Of a stretch of 12,223 nt of DNA, positions 6,762 to 12,223 are shown piece after piece. A program made the translations under genes and the position numbers. How positions within the stretch are numbered: the first letter of the stretch is position 1; each line of letters starts with the position of its first letter. The notes beneath the pieces were generated by a model. That model was not told the origin of the DNA, searched no databases, and was given only the letters and a program-made list of their open reading frames with translations. Source of the stretch: an uncultured Deinococcales bacterium (GTDB lineage: Bacteria; Deinococcota; Deinococci; Deinococcales; JAAFIG01); assembly GCA_964244895.1 (NCBI GenBank), contig CAXTKV010000055.1, positions 1 through 12,223 on the forward strand, read 5' to 3'.

Positions 6762-7283
6762 CTACGGGGTCGGTGGGAAATCGTCGAGCGCCCCCGGTTG
6801 ACCCCACGGGTGTTCCGTCACCAGCACCACCGACGCGGTGATCCCGGATCGGCGCACCTCTTCAACCAGCAGCGGATCAGCCGTGACGAATTCGCACCCC
6901 AGCCCCGCCGCGACCGCCAGGTACTCAGCGTCACCCGTGGTGTCCGTTCGCCCCAGCCCGTGCTGGAAATCGAACACATCCTCAAACACCGGAAAGTGCA
7001 GATCCCAGGCCGTGGTGATGATTGCCTCGAGCACGCGCTTTCCGTCGTCCAAGTTGAGCACGCCCGAGCCGACCAGCTCCCGGTACACCAGCGTCGCCGT
7101 TTCGGACAGGAACACGCTCGGCACGTGCAATTCCACCCCGTGAAAGGTCGCGCGGCTTAAGAAGGCGTTCGAAGCCTCCGCCAGCGGCAGGACGTGCGCC
7201 GCAAGCGCCTCGCTCGGAGCGCCACCGTAAAAGGTGACGTTCGAATCCACCAAGTAGACGCGCGCGATGCGCTCGGGTCTCAC
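6762..7283 (-). CDS. PIN-domain (VapC-like) ribonuclease
   Basis: YLVDSNV, VPSVFLSET, GDAEYLAVA and FVTAD motifs retain the acidic residues. At 173 aa it is longer than a typical VapC. Confidence 0.85.
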   Translation of the reverse strand: MRPERIARVYLVDSNVTFYGGAPSEALAAHVLPLAEASNAFLSRATFHGVELHVPSVFLSETATLVYRELVGSGVLNLDDGKRVLEAIITTAWDLHFPVFEDVFDFQHGLGRTDTTGDAEYLAVAAGLGCEFVTADPLLVEEVRRSGITASVVLVTEHPWGQPGALDDFPPTP

Positions 7284-7438
7284 CGCCCGCGCAGACGGCG
7301 CAGGGTTTCGGTCGGGTCAACCGTGCCGGGCTTGAGCACTGTCACGGTGGGACGCTTGATGCCGGTAAAGACCTTCCCCTCGCCCTTGGCGGGACTGGTG
7401 CTCGAGGCTTTCGGCGTGCTGGGGAAACGTTTGGACAT
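7280..7438 (-). CDS. 52-aa putative antitoxin (not in the ORF track)
   Basis: MSKRFPSTPKASSTSPAKGEGKVFTGIKRPTVTVLKPGTVDPTETLRRLRGR*. GTGA overlap with the PIN start. Preceded by TACACT-N6-ATG. Confidence 0.75.
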   Translation of the reverse strand: MSKRFPSTPKASSTSPAKGEGKVFTGIKRPTVTVLKPGTVDPTETLRRLRGR

Positions 7439-7444
7439 GGTTTC

Positions 7445-7450
7445 AGTGTA
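7445..7450 (-). promoter_or_regulatory. -10 element of a leaderless small-protein/PIN operon
   Basis: TACACT, then gaaacc, then ATG 7438. Confidence 0.65.
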
Positions 7451-7734
7451 CGTCAGTTCTCGGGCTTGGCTTCACTCCGTAGAGCGCATCGGGAGACGGA
7501 CACAAGCCCTCGCGTCCATTCGACTTCAAACCCCCACGGGTGGTAACGTAGGCTCCAATGATATGAAGGAGCGTAAGCCCAAAGAGCGTCACAGACGCTA
7601 AAACACCACAACCCGCCGTTTGGCAGGTCGGTGCTCTGGTACTAAACTTCGGGCCTGGTAATCCGAGCTTAGCCCAGACACCTCACGAGTGCAACTGTCT
7701 TCGCACAGTCGCACGGCCTTCTCGTATCGCGCCG

Positions 7735-8045
7735 TATCTGTCGGCGCTCGAGGTGATCGTGCTAGACGACTCCGATCCTCTGTTCAAGGACTTCCAGCAG
7801 ACCTTCCCCGCGCGGCTCGTGGCCGCCCAAACCAAGGCCAACTGCCTGGCCGATGCCCTCTTGACCGACGCCTGGAAGCGCTTGATCGGTCCCGCCCACC
7901 GTCACGAGCGTTGATCGTTGAGACGGCCACCAGCAACGACCTCTTCAAGCCCGGTGAGGACCTGTTCTCGAGCCTCCAGGACATCGCCCGCCTGACCGGA
8001 GTGAGGGGAGACAACGAAAAGCCTCAAACCGCGCTACGATCGTGA
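7735..8045 (+). pseudogene. frameshifted coding remnant of unknown family
   Basis: One frame reads YLSALEVIVLDDSDPLFKDFQQTFPARLVAAQTKANCLADALLTDAWKRLIG (stop 7912-7914). Another frame continues ALIVETATSNDLFKPGEDLFSSLQDIARLTGV to 8045. Codon usage looks coding; no clear start. Confidence 0.35.
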
Positions 8046-8123
8046 AACTCGTCACCCACAACTCGAGAACACCGTCCAGGGCACGCCCCGCCCCCGAAAC
8101 CAGTTCGGGACGCACGGGTTCCG

Positions 8124-9689
8124 CTATTCTCCCACGCTATCGCGCTCGTTGGGTTTGAGCGCATGAACCGCTGGACCGGCGATAACCTCGCCGTCGGGCG
8201 CGAACCTCGAGCCGTGGCACGGACAATCCCAGCTGCGGTCGGCGGCGTTCCAGTCCACGATGCACCCGGCGTGTGAGCAGACGGGGGACAGGGCGATCAG
8301 CTGACCCTCGTCCGTGCGGTACGCGGCGATGCGACCGGAGCCCGGCCGTTCGACCAGCGCACCCTGTCGGGGCTCGAGCCCGTCGACCTCCGTCCGCGGT
8401 GAAATGGGATTGGCCCGCCCGACGCGGTCCGTCAACAGATGACCGGCGAAGCCGAGGCCTTGACCGAGCAGCCCACCCAGGTCGCGTGCGGCCAGGCGAC
8501 CCGGTGCGTACAGGTCGGCGTACGCGTGCTCGCGGCCCGCCGCCCACTCGGCGGCGATCAGGCCGGCCAGCGTGCCGAAGGTCGTACCGACGCCGTCGTA
8601 GCCGGTCGCGATGAAACGCTCCGGAGCGGGCGGCAGGTCCAGGCCGATGTACGGCAAGCCGTCGAGGGAGGCCCAGACCTCGCCCGTCCAGCGGTATTCG
8701 ACCTCGAGCGCCACGCCCGGCAGCCAGGCGCGAAGTTCCGACTCGAGCGCGTCGAAGCGGTCCGGGTCGGCCCGTTCGAGCCCGGTTGGATGGTCTTCTC
8801 CGCCGAAGATGACCAGGTCGTGCCCCTCGTACGGCTCGAGGCGGTAGTAGTGATAGGGGTCGTTCGCATCGTCGATCAGCGCGTCCGGAACGAGACCCTT
8901 GGGCACCCTCGCGCCGATCGCATAGCTCTGAGCGGGTTTGAGCTTGTCGAGGATCAGGTAGTGCGTCCAGATCGGCACGTGCGTCGCTACGACGACGCGC
9001 CGGGCACGAACCGCACCCAGAAGGGGGGTATGCGCTCCCGTCCCGGCGGGGTCGGCCACGCTCAGTTGATGCATCTCGCCGCCGGTCATCGAGACCACCG
9101 CCGATCGCTCAAAAATGACCGCACCGTGCGCCACGGCGGCCCGAGCCAGGCCCTCGAGGTAGCGCCCGACGTGGAAGCGCGCCTGATCGGGAATCCGCAG
9201 CGCTCGCTCCGCGCGGATCGGGCTGTGCGCGATCTCGTGCGCGATGCCGAGGCGCTCGAGCGCCTCCGATTCGTCGTCCACGGTCTGGCGACCGTGACTG
9301 TCGCGGGCGATCAGCCATCCGTCCAGCCGCGCGAGGTGCGCGTCGATGCCTTCGAGCGCGCAAATCCCTTCGATGTGTCGGATGGCCTCGAAGCCACCCG
9401 CCCAGACGCGCCGAGCTCGCGCCTCACCGAAACGTTCGATGAGCTCGCTCGAGGCCAGGTCGGGACGCGCGGTCAGGTGCGCGGTCGTGTGACCCGTCTC
9501 GCCGCGACCGACCACTTGGCGCTCGAGGACGACGACGCGGCGACCCTCGCGGGCGAGCTGATATGCGGCGGTCAGGCCCGTGATGCCCGCACCGATCACG
9601 GCCACGTCGGCCTCCAAATCTGCCTCGAACCGCGGGTAGCGCGCGCTCACGGATTCGAACCATGGAGAAGGTGAGCGGGAGGGCCTCAT
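8124..9689 (-). CDS. FAD-dependent oxidoreductase with C-terminal Rieske [2Fe-2S] domain (YhfW-like)
   Basis: DVAVIGAGITG dinucleotide-binding motif, GETGHTTAHL, DGLPYIG. Rieske ligands CSHAGC and WDCPCHGSRF. Confidence 0.93.
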   Translation of the reverse strand: MRPSRSPSPWFESVSARYPRFEADLEADVAVIGAGITGLTAAYQLAREGRRVVVLERQVVGRGETGHTTAHLTARPDLASSELIERFGEARARRVWAGGFEAIRHIEGICALEGIDAHLARLDGWLIARDSHGRQTVDDESEALERLGIAHEIAHSPIRAERALRIPDQARFHVGRYLEGLARAAVAHGAVIFERSAVVSMTGGEMHQLSVADPAGTGAHTPLLGAVRARRVVVATHVPIWTHYLILDKLKPAQSYAIGARVPKGLVPDALIDDANDPYHYYRLEPYEGHDLVIFGGEDHPTGLERADPDRFDALESELRAWLPGVALEVEYRWTGEVWASLDGLPYIGLDLPPAPERFIATGYDGVGTTFGTLAGLIAAEWAAGREHAYADLYAPGRLAARDLGGLLGQGLGFAGHLLTDRVGRANPISPRTEVDGLEPRQGALVERPGSGRIAAYRTDEGQLIALSPVCSHAGCIVDWNAADRSWDCPCHGSRFAPDGEVIAGPAVHALKPNERDSVGE

Positions 9690-9858
9690 GGCCCGAGCCT
9701 GGCTGCGTCATCCCAGTCGAAGTCATCCCAGCCGAACCTTCCGATGGATTGCCGTCCTGACCGGGGGCTTCGTCCCCGACCTTCACCCGACCGAGCTGCC
9801 CGGATGGCTCCGCCGAAGGTACTTGAAACGCCCATGCGAGAGTGAGATTTGCCCTCGC

Positions 9859-10119
9859 TCATCGCTCGTTCGACCCCTTGTACGGCGCATCATTGTAGTT
9901 CTCGACGGTCGAGGCGGATCGCTCGGTGGCCTCGTCCGGGTTCTGGCCGTACTCGCGTTTGGCGCGCCGCTGCCGCAGCAAGTCCCAGAGCCGATCGAGC
10001 TGAACCTCGAGGCTATGAAGCTCGGCTTGCTCCTCGTCGCCGAGGCCGCCCTTGTCGTAGAGCGCGTGTTCCTTCTGGACGAGGGCTTCGATGCGTTCCT
10101 GGAGACTCAGATCGTTCAT
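9859..10119 (-). CDS. DUF2630-like small protein
   Basis: RIEALVQKEHAL...LEVQLDRLWDLLRQRRAKREYGQNPDEA...VENY pattern. GGAGG RBS upstream. Confidence 0.85.
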   Translation of the reverse strand: MNDLSLQERIEALVQKEHALYDKGGLGDEEQAELHSLEVQLDRLWDLLRQRRAKREYGQNPDEATERSASTVENYNDAPYKGSNER

Positions 10120-10366
10120 GCGTTCCTCCGCCGTGCAGGGTTGGGACTGGGTGCTGATCGAAGCCGTGCCGATCGGCTCTTTGGGTTGGGGGCTGGTTTG
10201 AAGTCCCGGATGAATGCCCCCAAGCCGATCCTATTGATCGCCTGGTACTTGCTCGATTGGGTGACCGCTCATGTCGGGCCTGGTCGCTATGACTGACCTG
10301 CACACTTCGTCGTGACTTGACCAACAGTATCTTAGGGTTCACCTGAACCGATTCGTGAGAACGGAA

Positions 10367-10404
10367 GAATTAATTCACGACCCTGCATAATCGTGAATTA
10401 ATTC
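10367..10404. repeat. perfect 14-bp inverted repeat with 10-bp spacer
   Basis: GAATTAATTCACGA-ccctgcataa-TCGTGAATTAATTC in an AT-rich intergenic patch. Confidence 0.85.
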
Positions 10405-10663
10405 ATTTGCAAGTAGGTCGCATCCCTTGAACAGATTACTGATAAGAACAGTTATCCAAAATATCTGTTGGGATCGAGCCACGATCGAGGCGTCGGCCTC
10501 ACGTCCTACCCCCGACGCCGAACAGCTCGGCGCAGGGGGCACGAGCGTCAAAAGTCATTCGAGCGCCGCTGCAAAGTGTGCAAGGCCCGCCGGAGGTTGA
10601 GGGTATCGGCAACCCCTGGAACGGCAAGTCACGTTTCAAACCTTCAGTCGCATGGGCGAGGCT

Positions 10664-12148
10664 TTAGGCTCTGACCTCGAGCACGCCCATCATGCCTTTG
10701 TCCTCGTGTTCGGCCACGTGGCAGTGGAAGACGGTCTTGCCGGTGAAGTCCGCCAGCTGCACGGCGAGCCGCACCGTGTCGTTCCTGCGGAGGTTCACCA
10801 CGTCGTTCCAAGCGCGGTATGGCTCGGGCCTGCCGTTCCTCGAAAGCACCTGGAATGGGTACGTGTGCAGGTGGAACGGGTGGTCCATGTCCGCCCAGTT
10901 CACGATCTCCCAGACCTCGAGCGCGCCCAGCCTGCCGGTGAAATCCACGCGGTCAGGATCGAAGCCCCTGCCGTTGATCAGAAACCCCCCCTGCCCCCTC
11001 GGCTCGGTCAACACGAGTCGGCGCGTGAGGGTAGGGCGCGAGTCGGCGAGCGCGGGCAGGCTCGCCAGCTTCGAGGGCAGCGGCGCTGGCCTGGGCAGCT
11101 TCGGCGCGCTCACGAACATCAGCGTCTGCGGGATCGCCTCGCCCGAGCCGCCCATGCTCATCGCGCCCGTTCCATCCGAGCCCGAATTGCGGCGGTCGCC
11201 TTCGCCCGCGTCGCTCGACCCATTCATGCTCATCTTGCCGCGCTCGTAGGGCAGGTTCAGCAGCCTGAAGATCCCCTCGCGCTCGAGTTGCACCAGCACC
11301 TCGGCGCGCTCGCCGGACGCGAGCAGCAGCTCCTCGAGCGCCACGGGTTTCTCGAGCAGCCCGCCGTCCGTGGCAATCAAGTGAAGCGCGTGACCCTCGA
11401 GCGCGAGGCGGAAGGTGCGCGCGCTCGAGGCGTTCACGAGGCGAAGGCGCAGCGTCGGTTTGTTCGCCAGAAGTGTGGGCTCGATCGCGCCGTTGACGGT
11501 CAGGATCGCGCCCTCCTTGCCGTTCAACCAGTCCATCGCCGTGTGCGGCGCGGGTAAGCCGTTCGCCAACTCGAGGTCGCGCAGCACGATCAGTTCCTCG
11601 TGCGCCTCGCGCAGTTCGGGGATCGCATCAGCCTCGCCCTCGACGAGAATCGCGCCCGCCATGCCGGAGAAAAGTTGCCGCGCGACCAGGCCGTGGGCGT
11701 GCGGGTGATACCAGTGCGTGCCGCGCGAGCCCTTGGGCACGCTGAATTCCATCGTGACCGATTCGTTCGGCTCGAGCATGCGCAGCGGGTTGTCCACGCT
11801 CGGGCTGATGTGCAACCCGTGCAGGTGGAGGTTCGTCATCTCCGAGAGCCGATTGGTGAACTTCAATCTCACCGTGTCGCCCTCGCGCACGCGCAGCACG
11901 GGGCCGGGCGACGCGCCGTTGTAGGTCAGCAGTTTCGCCGCCTTGCCGCCGACCTGGACGATGGCGGGTCGGGCGACGAGTTCGGCGGCGACCAGGCCGG
12001 GCTCGGGGCTCGCGGTCGGCAGGAGGGGCGACTGCGGGAAGCGCGCGGTGATCACAGCGGGTTGCGACCAGGTTCGCGAGCCCAGCATCGCGCCGCCAGC
12101 GGCGAGACCGGCGAGGGACAGGAATTCACGGCGGTTGAATTGTGGCAT
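10664..12148 (-). CDS. Tat-exported three-domain multicopper oxidase (CueO/laccase family)
   Basis: Twin-arginine signal NRREFL. Copper motifs HLHG, WYHPH, HPFHLH and HCHVAEHEDKGM. Met/Gly-rich loop. Confidence 0.96.
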   Translation of the reverse strand: MPQFNRREFLSLAGLAAGGAMLGSRTWSQPAVITARFPQSPLLPTASPEPGLVAAELVARPAIVQVGGKAAKLLTYNGASPGPVLRVREGDTVRLKFTNRLSEMTNLHLHGLHISPSVDNPLRMLEPNESVTMEFSVPKGSRGTHWYHPHAHGLVARQLFSGMAGAILVEGEADAIPELREAHEELIVLRDLELANGLPAPHTAMDWLNGKEGAILTVNGAIEPTLLANKPTLRLRLVNASSARTFRLALEGHALHLIATDGGLLEKPVALEELLLASGERAEVLVQLEREGIFRLLNLPYERGKMSMNGSSDAGEGDRRNSGSDGTGAMSMGGSGEAIPQTLMFVSAPKLPRPAPLPSKLASLPALADSRPTLTRRLVLTEPRGQGGFLINGRGFDPDRVDFTGRLGALEVWEIVNWADMDHPFHLHTYPFQVLSRNGRPEPYRAWNDVVNLRRNDTVRLAVQLADFTGKTVFHCHVAEHEDKGMMGVLEVRA

Positions 12149-12154
12149 GACGCG

Positions 12155-12208
12155 AGCCTAGGAATCCGTTCTAAGGATTTCATAAAGACTGGTAAAGATT
12201 TCGTAAAG
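12155..12208 (-). promoter_or_regulatory. leaderless promoter with four tandem direct-repeat boxes (OmpR/PhoB-type site)
   Basis: Minus strand CTTTAC-gaaat-CTTTAC-cagt-CTTTAT-gaaat-CCTTAG with 11/10/11-bp spacing. Then TAGGCT (12160-12155), N6, ATG. Confidence 0.7.
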
Positions 12209-12223
12209 GGGCGAAGGCGAGTG

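Noticed and set aside
8093..8109. Hairpin CCCGAA-accag-TTCGGG after the oxidoreductase stop
   Set aside because: Short stem with no U-tract, so it cannot be called a terminator.
9707..9731. Direct repeat GTCATCCCAG, two copies
   Set aside because: Only two 10-bp copies with no supporting context.
10452..10460. TTATCCAAA, a near DnaA box
   Set aside because: A single mismatched copy with no cluster, so there is no evidence for an origin.
5412..11557. Long + strand ORFs 5412..6134, 8439..9674, 9688..10296 and 10652..11557
   Set aside because: They are antisense shadows of well-supported minus-strand genes and have no recognisable motifs.
1..12223. CRISPR array, tRNA, rRNA, transposase or integrase
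   Set aside because: No regularly spaced repeats, cloverleaf or recombinase/transposase motifs were found.

Overview
GC-rich accessory region, probably from a plasmid or secondary replicon of a Deinococcota bacterium. That assignment is an inference from the repeated leaderless -10/N6/ATG starts and a Deinococcus-like ParB fragment. The left 7.5 kb is a ribotoxin-rich island with four type II toxin-antitoxin modules: HigBA; MazF flanked by two paralogous RHH antitoxins; VapBC; and a second PIN toxin coupled to a 52-aa partner missing from the ORF track. The island also holds a type Ib partition cassette (ParA plus RHH adaptor) flanked by AAAG-based palindromes, a truncated ParB, and an intact Hen1 RNA-repair 2'-O-methyltransferase with no Pnkp partner in the window. 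The right part holds an FAD/Rieske oxidoreductase, a DUF2630-like protein, an AT-rich 14-bp inverted-repeat site, and a Tat-exported multicopper oxidase with tandem regulator boxes. CTCGAG is strongly over-represented. All family calls come from motif recognition by eye; no database searches were run.
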